This document shows positions 1-15,933 of a stretch of DNA of 64,000 nt, piece by piece (position 1 is the stretch's first letter; each line of letters opens with the position of its first letter). The notes under the pieces were generated by a model that was not told the origin of the DNA, did not search any database, and saw only the letters and a program-made list of their open reading frames with translations. Where the stretch lies: positions 248,001-312,000 of the forward strand of contig CT868207.1 in assembly GCA_000165425.1 (NCBI GenBank), read 5' to 3'. The DNA is from Paramecium tetraurelia (lineage: Eukaryota). The translations under genes and the position numbers were made by a program.

Positions 1-168
1 AAGCGTTTCGAAATGCTTGATGTAATTTTGTGTATTCTTGTCTAAATCTCTCCAGAGCAGGCTCATTGGCTAATTCGTTGATTATCTACATGATCAAAGA
101 TACCTTACATCCTGAAATTCTCTTTCTAAAGCGTCTCTGTCTTACTCAGAGAAACCTAAATCTTCCAT
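1..168 (-). CDS. CFAP58: 5' end of a CFAP58/CCDC147-like ciliary coiled-coil protein (runs off the window)
   Basis: ATG at 168 and a 23-nt intron at 86-108 give MEDLGFSEQDRDALEREFQD/IINELANEPALERFRQEYTKLHQAF. This resembles the CFAP58 N-terminus (ERDFQ..L.EL....LEKFR.EY..LH). Confidence 0.75.
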
Positions 169-329
169 TTATTTTAAAATAAAATAATTATTTAATATCA
201 GAAGACTTCGAAAAAGAATTTTATGCTTTGAATATAGTCAACAAATAAACTCAACTGCATTTTAAATCCCTATAATTTTTTGATTAAAGTAATAAATGTT
301 TGCATGATGAAAATTTTGATTTATATTTA

Positions 330-2279
330 ATGGATAACGAACCAAAAATCATCAAGAAGATCTATGTATATCCAGCAACATCAATTCAACAAATGAAATC
401 GGCTCAAGAATACCAACAGATTAATCGATAATTATATTAGGATCAACACATCCAGAAGTTAATGGACATGTGCTTATCCAATTAAATGTAATCAATCCTG
501 AATAGCTTTGATTACGAAGATCTCCAACAACCCCTGAAAGAGGTCTAGTACTTCTTAAAGGATTTAAAGGGTAAATTCATCTAGTAGCCTAAAAACAAAA
601 TCAAAGAACCGCTGATTTCTAAGATACCCAATAAAAAAACAAATTATCTATAAAAAACCTAACTCTTGGCTTCTATCAAATAGAAACTAACCTAAATGGT
701 TTAAGAGAGTAAATTATTTCCTTCATTAATAAACTTTATTAAAATAGAATATGATTAATAAAATTATCAATTCAATGTTTGTAAATTGGGACTGTTAAAT
801 GATGCAGCTGAAATCATGCTTCAATGCGGTCCTTTTGGAATATTGAATGCTCAAATAAAAAGCCCAACTAACTTAACCATCACAGATCTCATTTTGGAAT
901 TATTTAGATAGTTAAATCACTACAATATTGTGGAGGATAAGGAGATAGCTGAAGAAGTGTGGTTTTCATTTAATAGAGCAAAAAATAAGACTCATCTTTC
1001 TGAAATTTTAAGTCATGAAATAGCATAGAATTTGTCATATAAGGATATGGAAATATAAAGAGAAATCTTAATTTTATAAGGGACCATCTAAAAATTAAAT
1101 TATAATGCATAATTTATTAATAATCAGAGAGAAAAAATAATAAAAGTGTTAAGAAAAAGAGTTTAAGTTTAATTATATCATGAATGTTAAGTACGAAAAA
1201 TAGCCTAGCCTGAGATATTACCCAATCTCACTTTATCCATTAAACAATATAGATCAACTCATGGAGTGTTCTGCGGTTGTGCTCTCTAATTTCCCATTGT
1301 AATGATCAAGAAATTCAGTATTACTCCAGGATTGGAAGATGTATGCAAAAACCTTTGTTTAAGTATTCTCTAGAATTTAGATACAATAAATTTTTGTTTA
1401 GCTATTACTTACGAAAAATACTTGTCTTCTAGATTATATAAGGAACATAACACATTTTAAGTAAGAACAATTATTTAAAATGCCTTAGAAGACATCATTC
1501 ATAAAATGGAAACAGATGTCAATCTTTGCAAATTCTTAAGACTAGCAATTCTAGATTAGCAATTTATTAAGTTCTACAATTTGTTGCATCGATACAATAC
1601 AATAAACTAAAATGACACAAGTATTCCAAATGATAAAAGAGATTAGACTAATTAATTAATTTTGAATGCAGTCCATTGTATTTTAGAAAAAGTGAAAAAT
1701 CTACAATTGGAGAACAATATAATTGAATAGAAGTACGAAATAGCACTCCCACCTGAGAAGATAATAAAAGTCAACATGAAAAAACACAAAACTAATTAAT
1801 CAGATAAATTACTTTTTTATATTAAATTAATAGCTAGTGATCTTAACAAGTTGAAAATTCCTCTATTTGAGATTATTTATTACATTACAGCTATGAATAA
1901 TAGAATTTAGTTTAGAAATGATTTACAACCCAAAAGTACAATTAGATTTTTTACATATCCACACATTATTTATTATATTGAGGAGCTTTACGGTGTAAAA
2001 ACTATAGTGGAGTGGGAATCAGACATGTCTTGTGAGATTGATTACTTTAGTTTGGCCAATTTAGATTTGTCTATAGATTTGGATGAGGAATACATTATTG
2101 AGTAGCAACTCATAATAATGGAAAGATGCCTTAAAAGAGATAGGGCTAGATACTCTTGGGCACTTGAGTACCTAGGGTTGAAATGTAATGAGTTATTGTT
2201 GGAGACCAAACAACTCTAGAAAAGTAAGATTAGAAAGTGTTTAGAGAATTTGTATTTGGAAGTTAAAAGATAAAAATGA
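330..2279 (+). CDS. hypothetical protein (~600 aa)
   Basis: ATG 330 (MDNEPKIIKKIYVYP) to TGA 2277-2279 (..CLENLYLEVKRQK*). Long reading in the ciliate code with short introns; no family recognised. Confidence 0.7.
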
Positions 2280-2433
2280 ATATTATTATAATTAAGTCAA
2301 ATTTCTTAATGCCTTAAATAATGGAAGTTATATATTGTAATTTAAATACATTTTAAATCAATTTAAATTCCTAAATATTATAAATATGAATATTGTCATT
2401 ATGCTCATCATCATAAATTAATTATTTTACTCA

Positions 2434-5400
2434 ATGAACAATAGATCCACGATCTTTCTTGCTTTTTTACTCTAAGTTTACACAGCTAGATTTGATTATG
2501 GTTAAACTAGTGTTCGTAATGTGTAAGAAATAGAAACATAATGCTAACTGAACCAATTTCTTTTAGGAAATATTTGTTTTGGTAATTATGAAAATAATTC
2601 AGATTGTCATTATAGTTGTTAATAATGCAATGGAAATTAAGCAGATAGTTGTACTTCATGTGATACACTCACTGAAAGAATATTAAATGATAGTAAATGC
2701 TCATGTTTAGAATCTTATTATGCATTAGAGTCATAAGCAACTTGCCGAAGTAAACTGATAATTATAAATTAGAGTGTAATATATCTTGTTTGACTTGTAA
2801 AGGAGGATCAGAAAGTGATTGTTTGAGTTGTGATAATAAAAGTACACTTGTAGATAATAGATGTGTATGCAAAGCTGGCTATTTAGTCGATAGGAATATG
2901 GAATGCTCATGTAAATAAATTAAATTATTATAAAAAAGAATGTGATTTTACTTGTGAATAATGTTTCAATTCATTATTTAATGGTTGTATCAAATGCAAC
3001 CCATCCTCATTAAGATAACTCGATAATAATGAATGCAAATGTCCAACTGGTTATTATTCATAAACAGGAATGTAGTTATGTTAGAGTATAAAATATAATT
3101 ATTACAGAATGCAATGATAGTTGTAATACTTGTGATTCATAAAATTCATGTCTGAGTTGCACAGAAGATAAAATATTACAAATAAATACATGCGTTTGTT
3201 AGACAGGTCAAGTTTTAATTAGAGTTGGAAATTGGAATTTATGCCAAAGTATTATGATTTATGCTATAAATAGACTGTCATAATCAGTGTGAAACCTGTT
3301 TTGGAATTTATTCTTATGAATGTTCTACATGTAAACTTAATCGCACCTTACAGAGTGACAATACATGTTATTGTGATGATGGATACTATTTATCCTACAA
3401 TGATTGTTTGATTTGTGACTCTAATTGCTTAACTTGTGTATTTACAAGTACATTCTGTTTATCTTGCTAATTTGGATATTCAATAGCAAATAATGATAAA
3501 TGTTGTCATGGTTCAAATATTTTTAAGGACAACGAATGTTAGTGTTCCAATCAATATTATCTCGACAGTTCAGGGATTTGTAATCGTAGGATATAATTTA
3601 TTTATTTATAGCTTGCCCTTATAATTGTTTGAAATGCGATGAAAATCTTGTTTGTTCTGAATGTTTGGATAAGTAGTTTATTGGAACATCATGTGACGAA
3701 AATTGTTTGCGTGTTAATTGTTTGGAATGTGATTTAGATGGAATATGTACAAAGTGTTTACAAAATTATTAAAAGAACCTTATTGGTGATTGTGTTTGTG
3801 TGGCAGGAGAGTATTACTTTGATGGATTAGATTTTCAGTGTAAAAGTATTTTAAACTTAATAATAAGTTAGAATGTTCTTAATAGTTTTATAAATGTAAA
3901 GAATGTGATGCTACAGGTTGTGTTCTTTGTGATGAAGATTATTTCTTAGATAGTGGTTCATGTGTTAGTTGTTTGCCTAATTGCAAATCTTGCACCAGTC
4001 TTTCTATATGTGATGCTTGCTATGATGGATATTTTGATATCATTTGTGACTAATGTCATGCGAGTTGTAAAAATTGCATAGGCTCATAGAAAAATGAATG
4101 TTTAGAGTGTTCAGATGATAGAATTCCAACTGTTGTCAATATCTTGGGAGATGGTAGGAATCAAGTTGTATGTTCATGTGATAGCTTATAAAGGTATTAT
4201 GATGCTAATTTTAATTGTCAAAATTGTCATACTACATGTAATACTTGTGATGGAGGATCCAATAATGATTGTTTGGATTGTTTCGCAAGTTAAAATAGAG
4301 TCCTCGTATCTAGAAAATGTGTTTGTAATGCACTTAATAATTATGGTGATTTAGGAGATGATTCATGTTATATAATGAATTGTGGTTATGGTTGTGCTGA
4401 TTGTCATTATGATCTACTTACTTTTATATGCCAAACTTGTCACACTGGTTAAACAAATAGATTGAATGACCCTGTAGCTAATTGTCCCTGTCAAGATGGA
4501 TATTATGAAGTATCCTAAAAGACTTGCAAATGTATCAATATCATTTAATGTAGAATGTCCAAAAAAATGCGGTACTTGTGATTTAAATTCATCAAATTAG
4601 CCATATTGTACAACATGCTCAGCTAATAGAAATGCCAATGATAATTGCAACTGTCTTATTGGATATTATTAAAATTTAGATGTTATTTGTAATAAATGTC
4701 CTGACACCTGTGTATATTGTTTAGCAGCTGATAAATGTGTTCAGTGCGAACCGAATTTTTTTCTAAAAGATGGGATGTGTGTCTGCCCCCTTAGGAATTT
4801 TTATTATAGATCTACATGCTCCTGCTTATAAGGATATTATATGCACTTAGAAAATTAAAAATGTTTACGTATTTTAATAATATATTCAATAGCTTGTCAT
4901 CCTAAATGTGAATAGTGTGAATTTACATCTACAAATTGCACCAAATGTTCTGAAAACTATTATAATCCCCCTGATTGTACATGTGCTTCTGGACTTTATG
5001 AGTTGGATAGTAAATGTGTTCCTTGCATAAATAATTGTCATCTTTGCAAATCTGATTCAGAATGCTTAGATTGTCCTAATCAATTGACTTTAATCTAAAA
5101 TTAATGCATATGTTAATCTGGGTATTTTAATAATCCTGGGAGTTAAGATTGCAATTAATGTTCATTATAGTGTGTGGAATGCAATTATCATCAAGATAAC
5201 TGTCTCAAGTGTAAATTTAATAGAGTATCACCCTAATTATGTGTCTGTCCAATTGGAACTTATGAGGTTGACTTAGTTTCTCCATGTTTGAATTGCAATT
5301 CTGTATGTTCCACTTGTGAATTGAATGCTAATAATTGTCTTAAATGTTCCTTAAACAGAGCAGATCCTCCCCTTTGTAAATGCAAAATGGATTATTTTGA

Positions 5401-7994
5401 AGATAAAGATTAAATATGCTAATAGTGCAATTCAAGATGCAAAGTATGTGAGACTTCACCAGAAAATTGCATAACATGTAAAATAGATTTTTCCTTACCC
5501 CCTAATTGCGATTGTCTAGATGGATACTTCTATGATATTTCAAATGGATGTGTCAAATGTCATAAAACGTGTTAAACTTGCAATGGATCTCAAGATTATC
5601 ATTGTTTAACATGTGATACTGCTAGGCTTATGTAATTATAAAATACGAAGTGTGAGTGTTAAAAAAATTACTACTATTAAGATGATAACTGTTATCTCTG
5701 TTCTATTGAAATTGATGTCTGTCAACCTAAAATATGTGGGGATGGAATTAAATCAAGATAAGAGGATTGTGACGATGGAAATAAAAATAATAGAGATGGA
5801 TGTTCAAGAGATTGTAAATTAGAAGCAGAATATTATTGTGAATTAATGCCAAATTTGCAAATTCATAGTTCTGTATTCATGTCTACCTGTACTAAATGTT
5901 CACAGAACTGTAAAGTTTGCAATTCCAGCAGATGTCTCCAATGTAACTCAGGATATTTCTTGACCAAATCATTTGAATGCAGCAAATGCGAGTAATATCC
6001 TATTTCTATTTCATAGTAAACATTGTAAAGAATGTGCAGGACCCTTTTAGAAAGATTGTCTGTCTTGCATCAAAGGTATTGATTATGGATTTACTCAAAA
6101 ATGTGCATTTTGTGAAGAAACTCTAGGTTTGTATACGAAGGGACTTCAATGTGCTTCTTTATGTGGTGATGGTATTAGAAAGAGTGATGAGAAATGCGAT
6201 GATGGAAACACTATCAATTAGGATGGGTGTTCTAGTACTTGCCAGATTGAATAGGATTGGGGTTGCAATTAATAAATAAATACTTTAAGCGTTTGTTACC
6301 AATTAAATTTATCCATTGCTTCCTTGGAATTCGAAAGAGTTAAAGATTTTTATCAGTCATCAAGATTTGGATTAATTTAATTCAGCAAACCTATGATGTT
6401 GATTAATTAATCTATAATCGAATCATGGAAATAGGAAATCGTTAATTAGATTGATAATGTAGATTACAATATTAATTCAACTACTAATTATAATTAAGAT
6501 GGCCATTTAGAGTCCATTTCAATTGAATTACTCTTGCATAAGAGTATTGATTTCGTTTAATATCAAATTAACTTTACAAATTACATAATTTACGATGCAA
6601 TCGACTAATATCCTTTGAAATCCTCATTTCTGGAAAAAGAATTATTGAAATATAAATAATTAAGTAGTCAAACTCTGAGTACTACAAAAGCATCAAGGTA
6701 ATTTGGATCTACTGTTTTATTTATCTTAGGAGGAATTGCTTTAATAGGATTGTTGATGGGAAGCTTAGATTTTTATTGGAATGTGCTAGACAATCTATAA
6801 ATTCTATCTTACATCACATATATCAATGTCAACTTTCCTTATATGCATAATTAATTTTTGGACATTTTTTAATTTGCAAGGTTTGAATTTACTAATGATT
6901 TTTTCAAATTTGATATCATAAACGGTTTGGATTATCATTAAAATAAGGATTACCCTCTAATTGTAGAAAGAAATGTAGAGTACAACCTAGTCATTAATTT
7001 AAGTTCTATCATAGTTTTATGGGTTACTCCCTTAATTCTGTTGTTCATTTCTAAATTTAATCTCTTTATAATACAAAAATTGTTGATTAACAAATTTCAA
7101 AATGTCAGACTAACATAAAAAGTAAGCAGTCTTAAATTTTTGGGTTACAAAGTAGTTTCATTTATTCACTTTATTAGTTTGAAGTATTGCGCAAATTTTT
7201 ACTATAATATAATACTCAGAGTCTATCTGTCAAGCTTATACGATCTGAATTTTTCCATCTTTACTTCAGCCTATTGTTGGTTATGGAATCAAAGTCCGAA
7301 TTTTGTAGATTAAGTTTCATTCCTAGGTGCTATGAGTCTCCTCCTATTTTAACTTGTCGTCTTATTTATGCTTTCAACGTCTCTAAAGGCATCCTCCTAT
7401 CAAATCACTTCAAAGCATTACGAACAATATTTTGGATCTCTATATGAAGGCATCAAATCGGTCAAACAAATCAATAGATAAATTTAATTTCTCTAACCTC
7501 TAAGAAAAATTATGTTTATGGGTGCTTTGATATTATTTTTTGATACTGCAATTTATCAGATTTCACTTTTGATATCCATACAAATCTTGTCATCAATTGT
7601 TTTAATAACTCTTAATCCTTATATGAACTTTCTGGAGACTATTAAAGGCATTACCTAGGATGTTGGATTGAGTCTTTCATTATCTTTAATCTTATTTTAT
7701 TATGCGCAAGATTAATTTTAACTAACAGACTAAGATACCATAGAAAAGTTATCCTACATTCATGTTGGGATCTATACTATTATGCTTTCAACAACCCTTA
7801 TTATTGATTTATATTAATAATTCAAGATAATTAGCAATAAATATAAATATTTATAGAGACTTACCTAAGTGTGTCAAAAGAGGAAGCCAGATAATCAACA
7901 ATCCAATAGAGATATGTTTATAGATTTAAGCTAGGAAAACGGCATCAAATTACAAACAAATTAATTTTGCTTCACTAATTTGAGGATACAGTGA
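2434..7994 (+). CDS. large cysteine-rich membrane/surface protein: furin/EGF-like repeats, two Myxococcus-type Cys-rich repeats, multi-TM C-terminus
   Basis: Signal-like start MNNRSTIFLAFLL; dozens of CxxCxxxCxxC units; CGDGIKSRQEDCDDGNKNNRDGCSRDC (~5735-5815) and CGDGIRKSDEKCDDGNTINQDGCSSTC (~6162-6242); hydrophobic segments after ~6710; TGA 7992-7994. Confidence 0.9.
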
Positions 7995-8028
7995 GACTAA
8001 TTGATATTTATATCACAATTATACGAAA

Positions 8029-9871
<1,843 letters not shown>

Positions 9872-10066
9872 CAATATAATTTATTTGTCAAAAAAATAAT
9901 ATTATATACTCTTAATTATTAACAATATAAAATCTTAACATTATCATTATTTATTTATTATACTATTGGATTCTGACTTTTTACACAAGAATACTGTTGT
10001 GACAACAATCCCTTTAAAATTAATAATTATATAAATATTAGTTTAATGATATAGGAATTATTATAA

Positions 10067-11506
10067 TCAATTCTCTAAGAATAAATATGAAAATTACCTT
10101 CTTCATCCTGCTCATATTGTTCTCCTTCTCCTTCTTATTCGCCTTCCCCATCTTCTTCTTCCAATTGATTTGGATCAATACCAAATAGGTGAAGATTTTA
10201 CTAATGAAATAAATCTAAAAAATACACTAAACAATTCTCTGAATTGATTGTTCTCTGTTGATAGTTTCTCATTCTCTTCCATCATCGCTTGTTTTTCATC
10301 TTACATTTATTGATATAATTATTTAAAATTTTCTATAAGCCCCTCCAACTTCTTGATTTCTTCATCCTTTAATTCAAGTTATTGATTTAATTCTTCATTA
10401 TCCTCCCTTCTATCTCCTCCTTATTCAAGTTGATTTTTCAATTCTTCTATGATTTAATCCTTCTCTTCTATTTCCCCAGCCATCTCTTCCATTTTAGCTT
10501 AGATGTCTTCTAGATTGTAATTTTAAAATTCTTCAGCAATTTCATCAATTTATTGTTGTTTTTCGTTGATTACTTATTGCATATCTTTAATCTACTTTTC
10601 ATATTATTTCTTTGAAAGATCCAACTTCTTTTGAGTCTATTAATCAACACTTTTAACTTATTCAGTTAATTTTTTAACTTCATCAGTCAAAGTAGTAATT
10701 TTTTTTTTTTCGTCTGTGCTTTCCTTCTTTAAGTCATTGATTTTCTTTTCAAATTCTCTTGAATTTTATTATCTATGATAATTTCAAATACAATACATTT
10801 TCTTATCGATTTCACTATTGATGTTTTTGATTTGGTCCTTGGTTTATTGTATCTCTCTCCTGAGTTCATTATTTTAGTCCTATTCTTCTGAGATCTGTTC
10901 CTTTAGTTTATTGTTTTGAGTGTTGCTCATATAAGATGCAGAGTTATTTTGTCTTTGCATCTCTTCTTATTTGGGTTCCACTTTTTGTTTGGTTTGGGAT
11001 TGAGGGTAAATGTAATTGTTAGTAAACTTATTGGGTAGTGATTGCTATTAGACCAATTGAACAGGTTCTTTAACAGGTTTTTAATTATTCAAAATTTCTT
11101 CTTTTTAAGGCATATCAGGCTTTACTGATTTAAAGTTGTTCGAGAATTGTTTAGATGAAGCCGAGGATTGAGGTTTTGCTATTCCTTATGGTTATTGTTT
11201 TTGTTACTACTATTCAGGTTTTAGACTACAAAAATTCAAAAATAAATAGTTACTTTCAAGGAGGAATCTTTCAAGGCGGAGGCAGATCCAGCCTTTTGAT
11301 ACATTTCTTATGATAATAAAGACAGTTTTACCTTGATATGGGATGATCTCAGTTTTATGCTGTTCATCTGATGGATTGTTTTTGTTGTGTACCTAAGAAT
11401 CACAACTATAACACAATCGATAAGTTTAGCCCAATTAACATTAATTACACTTTATGGTAGCTGGTCTTTGTTGGCAAACCACGCACTTAACAAAGAGGGA
11501 ACTCAT
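10067..11506 (-). CDS. B-box zinc finger + coiled-coil protein with acidic tail
   Basis: MSSLFVKCVVCQQRPATIKCNQC..LCYSCDSQVH..H (B-box pattern), then heptad-rich E/K/Q sequence and a Glu/Gly-rich end. Confidence 0.8.
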
Positions 11507-11631
11507 AATTCAAAATAAATTTATTTGAATAATAATTAAGATAAGACTTATATCTTCGATAATGTCAATCGTTAAATTGTTATTAACAATAAATAAAATA
11601 TTACTTATCCTTTGATAATATATAATAATGA

Positions 11632-12378
11632 TCATTCGAACAATTCAAACAAGGCTTCCAAATCATCACCACCATCAGAAGAATCACTCTACTCGTAATC
11701 AGCCTCAAAAGAATCACTCTCATCGCTTTCATCGCTTTCATCGCTTTCATCTCCAAAGAAATCACTGTCCTCCTCGTCGTTCTTGGGAATCAAAGTCTCA
11801 ACAAATGGACAAACCTTCTTGGATTCCTTGAAGATCTTTCTCAAATTTAGTAATCCCTTAGTCATCAACAATGGTCTTTCTTTTTATTCTATAATCTATA
11901 GGGTGACCTATGCAGCATCGTCAATCACTGAGATGCATTCATCAGGCAAAACAAATCCCAAAACAGACTTTACTTCGTCTCCCCAGCAATTTGTAATTAC
12001 AGGTTCCACCAAATGGGACATATCAATCAAACTGTCAACAAGCATATCTGAGAACCCATCCTCTTCAAATTCGGTGTATGATTTATAACCATTGCTAGCC
12101 AATTCAAAACCATCTTTTAAACAAGTTCCTATTTTATCTTTGAAAGTAGACAAATCAACTCCCTCTGCCCCAGAACAAGATGATTATATAGACACTAGAG
12201 ATTTTACGATTCCAACTAATTCCTTTATACTTGAAGCTAACTTTTTTTCATTTACATTTGTATATAGCTTTGAAAATTTAGGAGTGAGTTTTGTAACCTA
12301 TTTAGTGCATTTAGAATTAATAGTTATTGCAGTTGTGCTCGTTGCTACAATCAATAAGATGACAATTAAAAGCTTCAT
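11632..12378 (-). CDS. putative secreted Cys-containing protein with very acidic C-terminus (248 aa, intronless)
   Basis: Signal peptide MKLLIVILLIVATSTTA. ORF-track fragments 11908-12153 and 11689-11871 join in frame through TAG/TAA=Gln; ends DLEALFELFE*. Confidence 0.85.
11721..11751. repeat. 9-bp coding tandem repeat (CATCGCTTT)x3, encoding DES repeats on the minus strand
   Basis: catcgcttt catcgcttt catcgcttt catc is directly visible. Confidence 0.9.
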
Positions 12379-12619
12379 TAATATTAATATAAATGACGTC
12401 AAACCATTGATGATTATTAAATCATTATTATTTCTAGTTAATAGATTGCCATTATTGAGTCCATAATATAACAATTATTGGCTCAAAACAGGTTTATATT
12501 GTGAATAATCAATACTGTTGATAAATCAAAATAAGTACACCAATAAAATTGAAGTTAAGTTAATTACAAAAAAAATAAAATGATTGTATAAAAATTATAA
12601 AGGACACAATCCAGTCGTC

Positions 12620-13162
12620 TCAATATTTGATGTTTCTGAAACTACTATAAACAACTTTTGATTTTTTATCAAAGGTGACTTTTTTTATCGATCTTTGCGA
12701 ACCTGAAGTATGAGAATCCTTGAGCTTATTCTTCGGACTCTAAGGATTTGAAGTATTTTTATTTTTTTGCTTTAAAATTGATTTATATTTTGTATTATCT
12801 TGATTGGAATCCTTGAACTCACTATTCCTATCATCCTTTGAACAGCTATCCTATTCTTATGATCCAGGCATTTCTCTAAGTAACAGATTTTCTTCTACTG
12901 ATAATTTTACATCAATGGGTTTTGAATCTCTATCTGTAAGTTATAGAAGTGGCTGATCCTTCAATTGAATCATCTAGGAGGAGCAGCACTGTTCCTATTC
13001 GTGCTGATAATTAAAATCCTAATCTAAAAATTTCAATATTTAAATGGGTGCTGGCTTTTCAATAGAGGGAGGGCCATAAATATATGTTCTTCCGAAGATG
13101 ACTTCTCCAAAATCAAATTCTTTGGATGGAGAAGTAATTTTTTAGTTGCAAATATTGCCCAT
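12620..13162 (-). CDS. small disordered protein with MGxxC N-terminus and SILK + RVxF motifs (candidate PP1 regulator)
   Basis: Intronless 180 aa: MGNICNQK..KSILKQK..KKVTFDKK..NIKY*. Confidence 0.8.
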
Positions 13163-13668
13163 TTGTTAGAGTCGTATATTAATAACAGGAATTAAATTAA
13201 GAAATGTTTAATCAATATTTATGTCTGATATAAAGATAACAAATTTTTAGTTTCTTCAACTTGGCCATCCCTAAATTCATCTACTTAAACATTTTAAATG
13301 ATATATCTAAGTTATATCAAATTAAATTTATCAGACCATTCTAGAGTCATAGGATAGATCTGCATAAAGTTAAGTCAAGTAAGTTAATAATATTTTATTA
13401 TAAGTTTATTTAAATTTTCTATATATATAAATTAGAATCAGCGTTGAAAAAGCGAGAACTTACTAAATCGAAGTTCTCCAAAAAGATAGTATTTAAGTAG
13501 TATGAAACTCTATTTAGATGAACAAATAAATATGAATTTCTACAAAAAAAGGAAAATCTATTTAATATTCTTATTCTATATGATTTTAAATAGAAATTTA
13601 CTTTGATTATGTTATTTATGAAATAAAAATGTTGAGCATAGAATTAATATTAATTTATAAATTTATTT

Positions 13669-15399
13669 ATGTTTCCTGAGTCGTGTAAGAGTCGATCAAT
13701 AGGATCAATTAATTAATCTTGTCATGAATCTCATCGTCATAGACAACATTTAATCAACTCATTTGGGTTTTTGTCTAAACATGAATCAAGAAATTCATAT
13801 TATGATAAGGAAGATCAATAGGATTAATTATTAAAAATCAAACAAGAGCTCAATTAATTAAGATTAGAAAATACCTAACTCAAGTCTTAGAATATATATT
13901 ATTAAGTAAGTGATTATTAATATCTAGAAAGATCTTGAAAGCTTTCATCAACAATTGTCGGATGATGAAATCTAATTGAAAACAGTTCGAAACAATTAGA
14001 GATTCAAACATTTGCTTAAATTATTGTAGTCTAAAGAAGTTGAGATTGAGAATCTAAAAAGAAAATTGAAAATGGATGAGATTACAAATTATTAACAACA
14101 AGTATCTGAACTTTAAAATATGGTTGAACTCCAAAAAGAAAAATTGCTAGGGAATCAGAGAAATATATTAGCCCCTTAATTTGCTATTCTCGATGAATTA
14201 GAATAAGATAATATTAAATTAGTTGAAATAGTCAAAGTGCTGGAAGAGAAGTTGAAGGATTACGATTAATTGAAAAAACATATCATAACACAACAAGTCA
14301 AAATTTAATAATAGAAACAACTCATTAATGAATTATTAAAGGAAATCAGATAATATAAGGAACGAGACTTATTATTTGCTGTTAAGCACAATCAAAAGAG
14401 TAAACAAGATCAATAAATTAAGTATTTGTTTTATCCAACATAGAAAACTACTCTCAGATATTCACAAACTAAGTTAAAAGAGATAAGAAGATGAAGCATA
14501 TATCGAACAATTAATAGATAGACATAGATAAGAAATTAAAAAATATGATCGAAGAATTATGGAGAAAGATGATGAAATGCAATTGCTATAGGAGAGATGT
14601 GAATCACTGAGTAAGGCTCTATAAGAAGAGTAGATACAAAAAGCTAAACTTAAAAGGAATGAGAAATCCTCTTCGATTGTCAAACCTTCCATGTTTTCAT
14701 AACATTAAATTGCTGGCCGAGCTTCTGGAGACTATTCCTTAATTACTTCTTAAAGATCGTTGAGTGGTGTTGGAAAATCCAAATACTCCAAAATCAACAA
14801 GCAAGATCTCTGTGAAATAGTCAAAATAATCAAATTTTCGATGATTAATAATAAAGTTCCTTTTGATGAATTAGATACTGTAATATACTTCTTATTTATA
14901 ATAGTACTTGTTTAAAAATCAATTAGAAACTACTTTAGACGAACTTAAAGATTCTCTTTAACAATCAATCTTTAATTTAAATAAGGATCAGTCTTGTACT
15001 TTAGCAAATTATTTGTTTGATTAAGAGGATGATATTAATTTCGATAAGCCACAAAATAACTCGAGAATAAGAAGCATTCTAAAAACGCTTTTAGATAATT
15101 TTCGATTACCTAATAACACAGTTTTTGATGAAATTAAAGCTAACTTAAATGCTAATAATCTTGAAATGGTTTGCAGTTAGCTTTAATCTAAATTTTAAAG
15201 TCCTCGAAATAAACTCAATGTTAATGTACATTAGTAATAATAATTTTAGGATTTATTTGAGCTTTTTAAGGAGAATGACATCAAATTATCAAAAGCATCT
15301 CTTGATTATATCGAATCGTACTTTTTTAAATTGAATCAGCAATTATGCGTTTTTGAAATAGATTAATTTAAGCAATTATTAGATAGCCTTAATAATTGA
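13669..15399 (+). CDS. hypothetical coiled-coil protein
   Basis: ATG 13669 (MFPESCKSRS), long Q/E/K heptad region, several short introns, TGA 15397-15399. Confidence 0.75.
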
Positions 15400-15933
15400 T
15401 TGCCTGTTGATACTACAATTTTATTGAAGCTAATGTTATATTAATATTAAATGTAAATATCAATAATCAATATATATTTAATTCTACTAAAAATACTTCC
15501 AACCCAATTAAATTGGATTATTAACTTAATTATATATTAATTAAAAAATATTAGTTTTCAATAGAAATATAAATTCTTAGAACTTAATAAAATTACTGAA
15601 ATTGTTGTAAATTGTTGTTAAAAATTTACATTTTATTTTTATCTTGTAAATAAGTATTTAAAATGTTATACTTAATGGATGAAATTATAATACAAATTAT
15701 TTTTGAGCTTATATGATCCTAAAAAACAGTACTTATTTTATGAATAATTGAAATTTCAAATCAAATTTTGAATTTATTAAAGGTATAAAATGCAAAATTT
15801 TGAGATAAATCACAATTTGCTTATGTGAAATTTCAGTAATCATCATCCAGTATCTATTGTATAAGTAAACAACAGTAAATTTAGTTAGATGAATTTCAAT
15901 TAATATTAAAACACATAAATACAAATTATATTT

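Noticed and set aside
13454..13478. 8-bp inverted repeat GAGAACTT-N9-AAGTTCTC
   Set aside because: Short enough to arise by chance in 64 kb of AT-rich DNA; no ncRNA context recognised.
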